From NCBI RefSeq assembly GCF_001194135.2, contig NC_068994.1:20776269-20840268 (forward strand): 64,000 nucleotides of DNA, in the 5' to 3' direction. Numbering within the stretch: the stretch's first letter is position 1; each line of letters starts with the position of its first letter. The notes below the pieces were generated by a model. The model searched no databases. It saw only the letters and a program-made list of their open reading frames with translations, and was not told the DNA's origin. This document shows positions 37,568-50,051 of this stretch, piece by piece. The stretch is from Octopus bimaculoides. Lineage: Eukaryota. The position numbers and the translations under genes are program-made.

Positions 37568-37732
37568 ATAGGCACAGGTGTGGTTGTGGGATTAGGAAAG
37601 TTGCTTCTCAGTCATGTGGTCTTGGGTTCATTACCACTACATGGCACCTTTGGCAAGTGTCTTCTACTATAGTCTAGGGTTAATCAAAACCTTGTGAGTG
37701 GATTTGGTCAGCAGAAACTGGTAGAAGCCTGT

Positions 37733-37780
<48 letters not shown>

Positions 37781-38150
37781 TAGATAGATAGATATCAGGC
37801 GTGGTTTCTTCCCAACCACATGGTTCTGGTTTCAGTCTCACTGCATGGCACCTTGGGCAAGTGTCTTCTACTATAGCCTTGTGAGTGGATTTAGTAGACA
37901 GAAACTGAAAGAAGCTTGTATATATGTGTGTGTGTGTCTTTGCATCTGTGTTTGTCCCCGATCACTGCTTGACAACCAATGTTGGTTTGTTTACATCCCC
38001 ATGACTTAGCGGTTCAGCAAAATAGACCGATAGAATAAATACCAGGCTTAAAAAAACTGTCCTAGAGTCAATTTGTTCAACTAAAAACTCTTCAGGGTGG
38101 TGCCCCAGCATGACTGCAATAAAATGACCGAAACAAATAAAAGATAAAAG
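37568..38150 (+). mobile_element. two tandem SINE family B copies (head 37568-37735; B1 37795-38150) separated by (TA)n(GATA)n
   Basis: ggcaccttgggcaagtgtcttctactatag occurs twice (first copy with a 1-nt indel). Confidence 0.8.
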
Positions 38151-38229
38151 ACATACATACATACATATATAAGAAAGAAGAAGAAAAGAGATATATACAC
38201 ACACATATACACCTACACAAACATACATA

Positions 38230-38452
38230 CGTGTGTACGTACCATTGTCTTGAGATCAAATAATGGTTGCAAGTGAGCATCACCATCATACAAGCAATGT
38301 TGTTCACTTTCAGTTTTCTGTGAAATATTACCTTGCTTGGTAACAGGTGAGTGTTGACGACTGTAAGGGTATCTTGTTGTAGAAAGTCTGCCTCAACAAA
38401 ATTCTATCTAACCTAGGCAAGCATGGAAAAAGAGATGTTGAATAATGATGAT
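38230..38452 (+). mobile_element. SINE family B2 tail
   Basis: gtcttgagatc..aaatattaccttgcttggtaacaggtgag..gcaagcatggaaaa..aatgatgat. Confidence 0.7.
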
Positions 38453-38491
38453 TTCTTACAGTTCTATATTCTTTCCTCTTTTCCACTGCTC

Positions 38492-38531
<40 letters not shown>

Positions 38532-38629
38532 GAGGAGGAGGTAAGAGCGTATTTCTCACTGATACCAAGAGAACACTACAAATTGTCAAAAAAAAGGAGT
38601 ATATTTGATTAAATCAATCCTAATTTATA

Positions 38630-38800
38630 CACACATATGATATACCTTTTTTCACTTTCTGTCTATCAAATGCACTCACAAAGTTTTTGTAGATCTAATG
38701 CTGTAGTAGAAGACATTTGCTTAAGGTGCCAAGCAGTGGGACTGAACCCCAAACCATATGGCGAAGAAGCAGACCACTTAACCACACAGTCATTCCAATG
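38630..38800 (-). mobile_element. SINE family B head
   Basis: Reverse complement of gggttcagtcccactgcttggcacctt. Confidence 0.7.
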
Positions 38801-38847
38801 CTTCCTGAATGCAAATTTTATGTGGAAACATCAAATTTATAACATCT

Positions 38848-38958
38848 TTAACCCTTTAGCATTTAATCCAGCCATATCCAGCCCAAATATTCTACCTGTT
38901 TTATGTTAAAACTGACTTTATCCAACCTCTCACACCTACCCTACAATGTCATTCTAAG
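38848..38958. mobile_element. piggyBac-like MITE, left half
   Basis: TTAACCCTTTAGCATTTAA..; co-linear with 30866. Confidence 0.75.
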
Positions 38959-39555
38959 AATATTTATTTGCTATTTGTTTCTAATGTGGCAAGCTAGCAG
39001 AAACGTTAGCATGTTGGACAAAATGCTAAGTGGCAGTTTACTGGCTCCGTCTTCTAAGTCCAAATATCACTGAAGTCCATGGAATGTATACATTATAGAG
39101 ACACTATAGAGGACTTTGTCTTTTTGTAGGACATCTAAAACAAGGTTTATAGACATATTCCCTTTCCAAGCTATACTGGGATGTATTGAATGCAGCACTT
39201 ATGACTCACTTGTTAAATATATATTGCTACCACTGCTAATTTACTTAACAGTTAGATTGTTGTTCAGCCCCATGTCAGGCCTTTTTGAGAGGACCTTTGA
39301 TCAAATACATTCCAGCCACGAGCATTTCATTTTTTCATCTAGTGTGTGTGATTTTGAGGGAGATTTGATTGCTCTGTTGAGTAGACTGAGTAACTGCACA
39401 GAGACTTCTTTGTTGGTTTGACTTAAAGCCAGGTTGTGTAGAACTAACAGATTTGGTTGTAAACACAATAATACCATTCTGGATAGCGATGGTCATTATT
39501 TTGATTATTTCATTTGATTTAGTCATTTGTGGTCCCAGTCAATAATATATTTCAG

Positions 39556-39618
39556 CAACAACAGAAAGAAAAGGAAAGCTCTGTGCATGGAAAAAAGTAG
39601 GCAGTTTTGGAGTAAACG
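39556..39618 (+). CDS. candidate exon (donor at 39596 or 39618)
   Basis: atatttcag acceptor; ACG|GTAAAG or AA|GTAGGC donor; frame ambiguous. Confidence 0.25.
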
Positions 39619-40880
39619 GTAAAGCACAAGATGGCATCTTGTTCAATGTCTCATGGTTCTGTGTTTAAATCTTACTGGTATTTGGTTTACTGTTGCAGTT
39701 TACTTCTATTGTTGATATGTTAGAATTTAATATTTACAAAAATTGACATTTTATATGTCAGCAGAAACTATCAGCTAGTTAGGGAGGATACATGCCATAC
39801 AACTGTGGTAAGAGATAGTTTCCTGGTGGGTGGTCAACATTTACCAGCTTTGATTCTGTTTTTAACCATTTCTCTTCAGTTACATATCTAGACTTTTGAG
39901 AAAGGCATGCATATCGCATAATTCCAACATCCTTCCCTATATTTCTGTTGAACTTTAATAACATTAATAACAAACATCCAGTAACATCAGCACTTAAATA
40001 AATTCTTAGCCATGCTAAGATTCCTTTCAATCATTAATACTCTTGGATGAAGAATGACAGTTACAGCTCTCCTATTTTGCTACTCTTTAAGAATATCCTG
40101 ATAGGTAAGTTATTATTTATGAAGGCAGATAAAACCAATAGTTAAGAATTTGGCCAATCCTTCCCTCATTAACTGAAAATGATCAGTTGATGATGTTCCA
40201 TTGAAAGGAAGCTAACAGCTATTTGCTTTTGTTGTAGTTGACTAACCCCCAACCAGACCTCATTGAGCGAACCTAGGGTCAAAAGTGTTCCTGTCACAAC
40301 CATCAACATGAACTGTCTTATTTTGAAAACAGGAGGTTGTGGTTTAAAGGAGGATTGGCTGTTATTTCTACAAGGTGGAACAACTACACAATAACCTACC
40401 TAATTAGACCATTGCATTTATTGCTATAATAATGATTCATATAGGTCACACATTTATGGAGGAGTAGATATTGACGTATATAGAGTAGGAAGGGTTTACA
40501 GCGCCTGGAAGAAAATACAATTTTTGCACTCCCACCTTAATTAACTGGCGTGTCCGTCGCCAAGGAGATGCACTGGACGGCGCTGCTCCACCTTACTATT
40601 CAATGGCGTACCCTCAGATTTACAGTGATACACTTATTTCTAAACTCCACTTCAGCATTATTACAAATTATTGCCCACCCAGAATATTCTGAAGCATCCC
40701 CTGGCACCAAAGTCTGGCGACGAGCCTGTTGACGGGTGCGATAAACAAGTTGAATATCTGACTATATCTGACTGCTGTTTATAGCATGTTGTTGACCGCT
40801 TAAACGCTCTCTTGTTGGCCACGAGTGATTATGTTGTCTTTTGAGTAAAGCATTATACTCTTTGCTACTAAGATTATCTA

Positions 40881-41112
40881 GTTCTATATTTAAGAGATGA
40901 GGAATTATTTACATTATTTACATTATCTACATTTGACGGATATTCGTCCTCATCTTGTTTGTTGTTAACACAACGTTTCGGCTGATATACCCTCCAGCCT
41001 TCGCCAGGTGTCTTGGGGAAATTTCGAACCTGGGTTCTCATTCCTATCGATGTTACTATTATTATTATTATTATATTATTATTAATCAGGTCGCTGCCGT
41101 GAATCGAACTCG
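40881..41112 (-). mobile_element. tRNA-derived SINE family E, 5'-truncated
   Basis: Near-identical reverse complement of 41830-42021. Confidence 0.85.
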
Positions 41113-41208
41113 TGTCACAGCTTTGCGATGTTCTTCTACCCTTATTTTGAGGGGGCGAAATGTTTCGCCTTTGTATAACCTACCACAGCTGCATGGGATG
41201 GAGTACAC

Positions 41209-41689
41209 NNNNNNNNNNNNNNNNNNNNNNNNNNNNNNNNNNNNNNNNNNNNNNNNNNNNNNNNNNNNNNNNNNNNNNNNNNNNNNNNNNNNNNNNNNNN
41301 NNNNNNNNNNNNNNNNNNNNNNNNNNNNNNNNNNNNNNNNNNNNNNNNNNNNNNNNNNNNNNNNNNNNNNNNNNNNNNNNNNNNNNNNNNNNNNNNNNNN
41401 NNNNNNNNNNNNNNNNNNNNNNNNNNNNNNNNNNNNNNNNNNNNNNNNNNNNNNNNNNNNNNNNNNNNNNNNNNNNNNNNNNNNNNNNNNNNNNNNNNNN
41501 NNNNNNNNNNNNNNNNNNNNNNNNNNNNNNNNNNNNNNNNNNNNNNNNNNNNNNNNNNNNNNNNNNNNNNNNNNNNNNNNNNNNNNNNNNNNNNNNNNNN
41601 NNNNNNNNNNNNNNNNNNNNNNNNNNNNNNNNNNNNNNNNNNNNNNNNNNNNNNNNNNNNNNNNNNNNNNNNNNNNNNNNNNNNNNNNN
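41209..41689. other. assembly gap (481 N)
   Basis: N run. Confidence 1.
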
Positions 41690-41769
41690 ATAGCATATGG
41701 GAACCGGTATTGAGGAAAGATAGAAAAATAATAGATTTATAAGCCTTAAAATTCACCCCATAATTGCCC

Positions 41770-41844
41770 ACGGGCATATGGCGTAGTGGTTAAGAGCGCG
41801 GGCTACTAACCCCAAGGTTCCGAGTTCGATTAATAATAATAATA

Positions 41845-41876
<32 letters not shown>

Positions 41877-42021
41877 GTAACATCGATAGGAATGAGAACC
41901 CAGGTTCGAAATTTCCCCAAGACACCTGACGAAGGCTGGAGGGTATATCAGCCGAAACGTTGTGTTAACAACAAACAAGATGAGAACGAATATCCGTCAA
42001 ATGTAGATAATGTAAATAATG
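41770..42021 (+). mobile_element. tRNA-derived SINE family E with head
   Basis: A box tggcgtagtgg, B box gagttcgat, (AAT)n spacer, body to aatgtaaataatg. Confidence 0.88.
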
Positions 42022-45000
42022 TAAGATTATCTAATTTAAAATATCGTCAATCGTATGAAAAATATATGACAGTCTGTACATTCATGTCCATTGCTTTCTC
42101 CCTCTCTATTTGTGTGTGTGTTCATGACTGAGTGGTAACATTAAACAAATATACATTTGGATTTTTAAATTAAAGAATAAGATGTTTCGATATGAACTGT
42201 TGTTTTCCTCCCTCAGTACGAACCATCACCTTTATAGTTCGAGTTGGATAAAACTCTTCTATATAAATTTATAGTATCGAATGTAATTAGTTGATAAGTT
42301 AATATAAATATAGGAGAAAAAGAAAACAATTGACAGGCACACGCAAAAGAAAAAAATGTCAATAATTAACTAGACAATCTTTCAAATAATAACCATAATA
42401 ATTTCGTAGATTGGTGACACTAATCGACAAGTCGTAGAGGTGATGGTGGAAGTGGTACAGTTGCGTGTGGTGATGACGGAGACATTGTTTAGAATCAATT
42501 GAGCAGACATTTGTTGAAATGATTCCAATTATGACCACTCTACTTTGGTTTTAGGGACAGTGTATCTAGGACCACATCATTCAATGCGTCCTTCTTTTTT
42601 TCTTAATTTTTAGCGATAAGATGTGGTTTGAAGTAAATTTTATTGCTATTTCTAGCCAGTTAGTCTTGATCAACCAAACATGTGATTAAGGTTAGTTGAA
42701 TTGGGGAAATATTCAGACACATTCACGAAAATAAACAAAAGATTTTTTAATGTTTCACAACTTCTAAATTATATTAATGTCATACTTTTAATACTACGTA
42801 CCTCAAAGAACAGCTGTTTGTGCGCGTGTACGCGGACCCACCCACCTAACATGCATACATACATACAATTTGTCTGTTAACTACATCTCAAGGATGGAGC
42901 CTTGTATCTTTGTTGGAAACTGGCTCCCTCCTCAGTGGTAGATTTATAATAATTAAAAAAATAAAAGAGATATACATACATACCTATCTATCTGTTTGTC
43001 TATCTATCTATCTATCTAATTGAGGCTAGCTTAATCTTCATAAAGGACGAAAGATAAAGCTGGCATCAGCATCTCTTCATTTTTCTTCAGAATAAAATTA
43101 AAAAATAAATATGCAGCCACTGACATTGTTTCATGCAGAATTCAAATGCTTCCCTTACCAACATTCTACTATAATTGTTATCAGAAAATGCGAGTGAGAG
43201 ATAAAGAAGAAAATATGTCAAAACTTTGATGGAGTTGGGGGTTTAGAGATGAAGTGAGATTGGCGAATAGAGTTACTTCCCTTCGTCTGAGTCAGCTCAA
43301 AAACTTTGTGGGAGGATGAAGAAAGTTTTCTGAATCAGACTTCCATTTACACTTACCATCCAGACTACGTCACCCTAATACATGGAAATACTCACTCGTG
43401 CGTTTCTTGGTGTTAAATCATCTACGTTCTATTAACTTAGTATTTCATCCTCAAAGTTTTTTTTTTTGTGTTGTTCTACCAACCATCTAATGTTGATATT
43501 TCATGCGAAAAGTTATTGAGGTAGGATGTTGAAAAACTATTTCTCACTGTCAGTTGTCCAGTATGAATGTGTGTAGTCGCATGCACGATGACATTTGTTG
43601 TTTCATGAAAATTCGTGATGAGATAATACTCTTTTGATTGATGTAATTTTATTTAACGCTTTTACGCTCGCCTATGCCACTAACTTCTGTGAAGAGGGAA
43701 ATGTTTTTAGAAGTCCTTAGGAAGAATGAATTGGCATAATATTTAGACTTGCGGACAAAATATCTGTTGTTTTTTTAGACACTGTCTTTTATCTTCTGAG
43801 GTTAAGTCTCAACTTTCTGGAGTCATTAAAATGTAATACCAGTCAAGTTCTGGAATTGATTCCTATAATATATAGATATGAATGAAATTGTAACAGAAAA
43901 GATATACATATATAAACACACACAGATATGTGCCTTCTTTCTAAAAGCTTCGCCCTTAACCCCAGAACTCCGTTTGTCACACAATCCTTTTTTACGGATT
44001 TAAAATGTAGACAACTAGTTTCATCCAAGTACCCTCGGAATCATAATTTGACACATTTGCACAACAATCGCGCTTTACTTCTAAAACTCCAGTCAGATTC
44101 TGTGATTATGTCAGGATTCTGTTGTGAATTTTTTTCTTCTTCTAAGTCTCATTTCCCTTCCTTCCTTTTCGAATACTTTAAATAATGTCTGTGACACCAA
44201 ATTACTTGATGTTGATATGTGTCAAAATTAGCAGTTTCCAGGTTTTTTTTTGTTTTTTTTTTGTCTGTCTGTCTTATAATACTACTGAAATTGAAATGAA
44301 ATGTGTTTAGTGTGTGCCTATGTTAAAATGATCATTGATATAGTTATTTCTAACAAGTCCAAAGTTTTCAATCTGGAATTATGCGAAGTTCATAAATATT
44401 ACTTATTTTGTAATTTAGCTGCTTGAATTAACAACACTTCTCTCTCTCTCACAGTAAATTTTCAGACACCCGCACGATTTTTACTAAGAAAAAAAAAAAA
44501 AAAAAAACAACTCGGATTTTTTGCATGGAATCAAGTATCCTGACCTCCTAATATGCTGCAAATCCCTTATTTTGGTTCGGAAAAAGTGGGGGCGAAGGGG
44601 GTCCCCTTCTCGGATTTATTGGAATTTTTTTTTTTTTTTTTTGCGTTGAATGAATTCCTGTGACATCCTAATATGCATTAGGTTAAGAAGTTCAGATTAT
44701 TTACAGAAAATGATAATAAATCAGGACTCACAGTTGGAAATCATTTTATAAACTTGACCAACTTAGATTTGGGCTCAACGACACTGATGAGTATACTTTC
44801 ATTGGTTGACGCTTTAAACTTTTGTTTTTGAAATATAGAACAATCATATTTCTTGATCTTTCGGTGTATATTTAGTCTCCTTGTATTGTTTCTGTTTCGT
44901 TTATTTCAATAACTGTAGAACTACTCCGCAGTTGATTACTTTTTCTTCACTGTTTACATTGTGGAAAATATAAATTCAACTAAAGTAGAATATACGAAAC

Positions 45001-48000
45001 AATTTGAATCAGTGGGGATGTATTTTCCTGCTAGCTTCAAGTTATCTTTGACAAGCGAGCAGCAGAATAACGATAGATGTAAAAGAGTATCTATTTAAGT
45101 GTAAGGAAATGTTATCAATTCCGTTGAATCCAGCGCTGTTATCTGAAAGACGTACAATGTTCTTGAATAACAGTGCAATTTTCTATCTGGAGAGTTCATT
45201 GAGTATATATACATGTGTGTTATAACTGAGTATGTGTGTATCCATACATGTGTACATATGTATGTAAATGTAAAGATGAGTGTGTAAAAGTCAGTGTTCA
45301 TATACAAGTGTGTGTTTATATACAAGTAAGTTTGTATATTATAGTGTGTGTGTGTGTAAGGGCATTGTAATGATTTAACTATTAAGTTGCCTTCAAGTGA
45401 AGGCTAACTGAATCAAGGTGAATTCATGTTCTTCATGTAGCAACACATGTCAACTGTTGATTTAGTTGACAACCCACGTAGAATGATCCTAACTCTGTTG
45501 ACAACAGCATGTGTAAAATATCATATGTAGTAAGAGCTGTATTGTGAATATGTATGAATGTTAATATAACATCACACAGTTCACTACTATATAATTAAGT
45601 GTACATGTTATGTTTATATAATTGAGGATAATAATTCAGTATGTGTGGAACTAAATGTAATTGAAACTATCAAAATTAAACAATTTATATGAAAAGTTTT
45701 TGATCTATAAACAACGTCTGAAAGATTATTTTGCAGTTTTTGGTAAGTTATACTCCAGGTGCTTGTCTGGACCTTATCTCACCAAACAGTTTCACTTTTC
45801 ATTTTACACCTAACAAATTCACTTCTACACTTCCTTTCAATTTGCTCTGACCTGCAGTAACTACAATAATCTAAAATGTATAAAGAAGGTGCAAAATTTT
45901 AAGTTCACAAATGTTAAAGATCAAAGTACTTATCAACTTCCCCCTTTTTTTAAAAGAAAAGACATAAGTGTTAAGAAAGATTGAAACAAATAAAATAGTG
46001 AATTACTTTTAAAGAAATTTAAAACCTATGAAAGGAACCAGTCATGATCTTACTGAGGACAGTCTTGCTGAATTTATGGAGATTCAGAAGTTTGGTGAAG
46101 AATCCTTTTTTATTTTTGGTTCCAAGTCATCACTGCTCTTTATTCATTGTGAAATTAACCCATGTTTTTCAAGAAAGTTTTAGTTTTCTTTTTTTTTCAT
46201 TGGTGGGTGAGGCAGAATAAGTGGTTTCATCTTTAGCATTTGTCATTATAAAATTGTTTAAGAAACATCATGTTTTGATTATATGTAGCGATTGTAAAAG
46301 CTTAAGTCAAAGAAGAAAAAGCATAATTATTTTGGTGAAAACTAGGCTGTTCAAAAACAGAAACCACTAAGGTGCAAATATCAAGTAATACAGTAGAATG
46401 CCAGTCTACATGTTTTTCTATATGTATCTTATTGTTCTGAATTCAAAATCAATGGAGATGGGATAGACCAAATAGGCTATGTCACTCTCTCTTTTAGAAA
46501 ATATACCTTGTGTCTATTCAAAAAAATCCTGTGTTGTTTAGAATGTGTATTGTATTAGATAAATGTATTGTTAGTTCCTTGTGTAAAGTACATGCTCCAT
46601 TAGAATTTTCTGCAATGATACAAAAGCCCCTATTGATATAATCTTACAGGTAATCTGAGACATCTTCTTCAGAACCCTCTTAAATTCTTGTTATTGACTT
46701 GCATGTGAAATTCTGAAAATGTCATAATTGTAGCTTTTCTCAAATAAATCACACACTCACACACACAATGCACATTTACACATACAACTAATACATTTAT
46801 TCATGATTAGATAACATTTTTGCTGTTTTGTTTTGTTTTGTTTTGTTTTTTTAATGCTATTGTAAATTCCTGGCAAGCTAAGACTGCATACTCTTCAACT
46901 GACTTTGTTTCATTTCATCAACATCATTAATGTTTCATGAAAGGCATGGATGTTCTCTACTATAAATTTTAGTTTTATACTTTGGGGGAAATCAATACTG
47001 TTTGGCTTTGTAACAGCTCTGTGGTATATGTTTATTACCTAGTTTGATAGACTGAAAAACCACTTAGCCAAATATGTAAATGATTACAAACCGACAAGGA
47101 AGTCTATATGTGGCTGCTTGAGCTGCTAGAAATAGCAACCAAATTTCACTTCAATTATACCCTTCTATTTTAAAAACGATATCTAAAATTATTTTGGACT
47201 GTGTACATAGTGCCTGAAAAGTAAAAGACAAATGGTCACAGGCTAAAACCTCTTTGACCATAGGTCTGCTCTAAAACTATCGGGCTAAACAGCTATGGCA
47301 AAATAAATTACCATTGTTCTTGCTGAGTGGGTGAGTTCATATATCATTTATAGCACCATGCTAAGGAAGTCACTAAACCTCACGTATCTCAATCATCTGA
47401 CAGCCAAGCATACAAGGGTTGTGATGACTAAGATCAGCACCATCCCTACAACAATTGAATGCTTAGTTAATAGATTGGAACATAGTTGGTAGTAAATTTT
47501 ACTGAGGAATTAATTTAGCAGTAGGTATAAGAAAGAACTGAAGTCAATTTAGTTTAACAATGGAATTCAGTTCCATTCATTATTGCAATTTATTTTATTC
47601 ATGCTGAGTGACGGAAAGTAAAATTTATTGCAGTTCAGTTTTAATTTACAAATGTAAGACATCAAATCTTATGATTGAAAGCAATGTAGATGGAGACATT
47701 ATCATTTATATCAAGACTACTCTGCTAATAATAGTAATAATCTGCAAATGATTTCTAACTTTGGCACAAGGTAACAGATTTATGGGAAACTGGCAATAAT
47801 AGAAATGGTGATAGTTTCTTACATAAAAACAAGACTACAATTTTAAAAGGAAGGAGTAGAATCAATGCATGTAAAGAACTGGTAGTTAATGGCCTTCGGA
47901 TTGACACTATCATCATCATCATCCAGTGTTTTAAATCTGGATTTTGTCCCTGTTAACTGGAGTGGCTGGATCTACCTCAATGCCATAGCAACAGAGGTAG

Positions 48001-48918
48001 GCAGGTGCAGCCCACCCCAACCTTTAGGCTGGCTGGTGCCCATTCTCCTTTGCTATCATTAGGCTTTTTTTGGAGCAGTATTTTCTATGGGGAGCATGCC
48101 CTTGCTTACCCCCAACCTCAGTTTCTAGACATGAGTGGTCCCGAGACCAAGGCTTCTACCACGATTTTTAAGAAATGTGATGGAAAACTAGCTCAGGAAG
48201 GCAGGGACGCTACTCCCTGAAACCCCTTTCAGAGCCCCCCTACCTAGACAGTGGAATGCAAAGCTAGCCCCAACAGAATTTGGACTCAGAATGTAGATGT
48301 AGCTAAAAACTAGTGGAAAAAATTACTCTTAGCCTTTGAGATGTGGGGAGTGTGAGTGGAAAGAATATATGATACAGATAATGCCATTCTGTAGAAGAAT
48401 GGTGAAGGCTGAAACACATGAACAAGTTAAGTTATGGAATTGGTTGAAGAAGTATTTAAGCGAATGTAAAAAATTGGGCCATGTGAAGTCAAAATGACGC
48501 TGAAATAATATTAAAAATACAGTGAAAACAATTAAGTGTTTAAACTGTGCTAGTTTGTACCTTCCTCCATAATATAGATTAAAAGTAACATGAAAAGTTG
48601 GGTGGAAAATTATGATCTTGCTTTGGTCTAAAATTTTGCACTTAGGGCCTGAGGAAATAGATTGCTAATTAACATAGTGCTTATATGTGCAGAAGTATAC
48701 ACACGTCTTTGGTGTGGTGAGTGATTTAGGTTCGTTATGGAGGTCTTGAGAACCATAAAAAAATATTTGTTTTTTTTTAATTTTGTTTTGTAGAAAATAT
48801 TGACTAATTATAAATACATCAAGTAGCATTGCAACAACTTATGTCTGCCTCTTTTGATTTAGGTTATTTAGCTTCATTTTGTAAAAGTGGCATAGAAAGG
48901 TTACATTATGGTCTAGAA

Positions 48919-49135
48919 CAGTGATTCCCAACATGGGGCATATGTTCCACTGGTGGGACATGAGATCCAAAGTTTTTTTGTTTTCTTTTTTTTTTATAGT
49001 ATGACATGGAATTGTGAAAATTTTGTTTTCACAGCAAACATACTACACCTATACTTTTTTCCAACCACCATTGGGGCATACATCTTTCTGGAAAGTTATT
49101 GTGGGGCCTGAAGGAAAGTAAGCTGGGCAACACTG
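48919..49135. mobile_element. hAT (Charlie-like) MITE
   Basis: TIR cagtgattcccaac / gctgggcaacactg; 8-bp TSD gtctagaa / gtctagag. Confidence 0.8.
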
Positions 49136-49303
49136 GTCTAGAGGTTGAAGGGATCTGACAGACCACTGGTTTAGAAGCAAGTTTCTAACAGGCAGTACAT
49201 GACATCCATTAAATTGTCTGTTTCTTTTATGTCTGTTTCTATGGGGTGAATGATGTTTGTTGTCTGTTGTTGGAAATTTGAATACTCTGTGTATTCTTTA
49301 AAT

Positions 49304-49574
49304 CAGTGGTTCTCAACCAGGTTCCATGTGACTGCTGGGGGTCCACACAAGCAAAACAGTAAATCGGAGGTCCATGATAGTATTTTAGGGGTTAATGAAA
49401 AAATTTTGTTTCCAATGTATTTATTGCAAGAAGCAACTAGGTTTCTTCCCAATCACATAGTTCCAGGTTCAGTTCCACTGCATGGCACCTTGGACAAATG
49501 TTTTCTACTATAGCCTTGGGCTGGCTAAAGCCTTGTAAGTGAATTTGGTAGATGGCAACTGAAAGAAGCCCATC

Positions 49575-49644
<70 letters not shown>

Positions 49645-50051
49645 CTTTGTCTTTATGTTTCTGTTTGTCCCCTACCACTACTTGACAACTGGTGTTGGTG
49701 TGTTTACATCCCCATAACTTAGTAGTTTGGCAAAAAGAGAGCAATAGGATAAAGTCCTGAGGTCGTTTGTTTGACTAAAACCCTTCATAGCAGTGTCCCA
49801 ACATGGCTGTAATCAAATGACTGAAACAAGTAAAAGATAAAAGATAGTTCAGTGTGTTTCTAACCACTGTGACATGTTCTCCCAGAGTGCTATTGCAAAC
49901 CTATACAAGTACATGTGTGAAGAACAAAATTGGAATTTTGGAAGAAGTATCAATAAAACTAGTTTTTAAACATCAAATAATTATGGGGATCCACCTGAAT
50001 AAAATAGTAATCAAAGGGGTCCATAGGTAAAAAAACAGTTGAGAACCACTG
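49304..50051. mobile_element. hAT MITE carrying a nested SINE
   Basis: TIR cagtggttctcaac / gttgagaaccactg; TSD ctttaaat / ctttaaac. Confidence 0.88.
49445..49845 (+). mobile_element. SINE family B1 nested in hAT MITE
   Basis: Co-linear with 14210-14575; (TA)n(TG)n spacer. Confidence 0.85.

Larger units (their letters stand above)
40440..45200. promoter_or_regulatory. CpG-retaining domain; putative unmethylated promoter/intergenic zone
   Basis: CpG is frequent in unique sequence here and nearly absent in the flanks; GC-box-like gggggcgaagggg at 44588 between poly(A) and poly(T) tracts. Confidence 0.55.

Noticed and set aside
40955-41777. The longest ORFs in the track (252, 211, 177 aa)
   Set aside because: They run through 481 N bases and SINE sequence; artefacts.
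41773-41830. tRNA gene
   Set aside because: Has A/B boxes but runs into an (AAT)n spacer and SINE body with no 3' acceptor stem; it is a SINE head.
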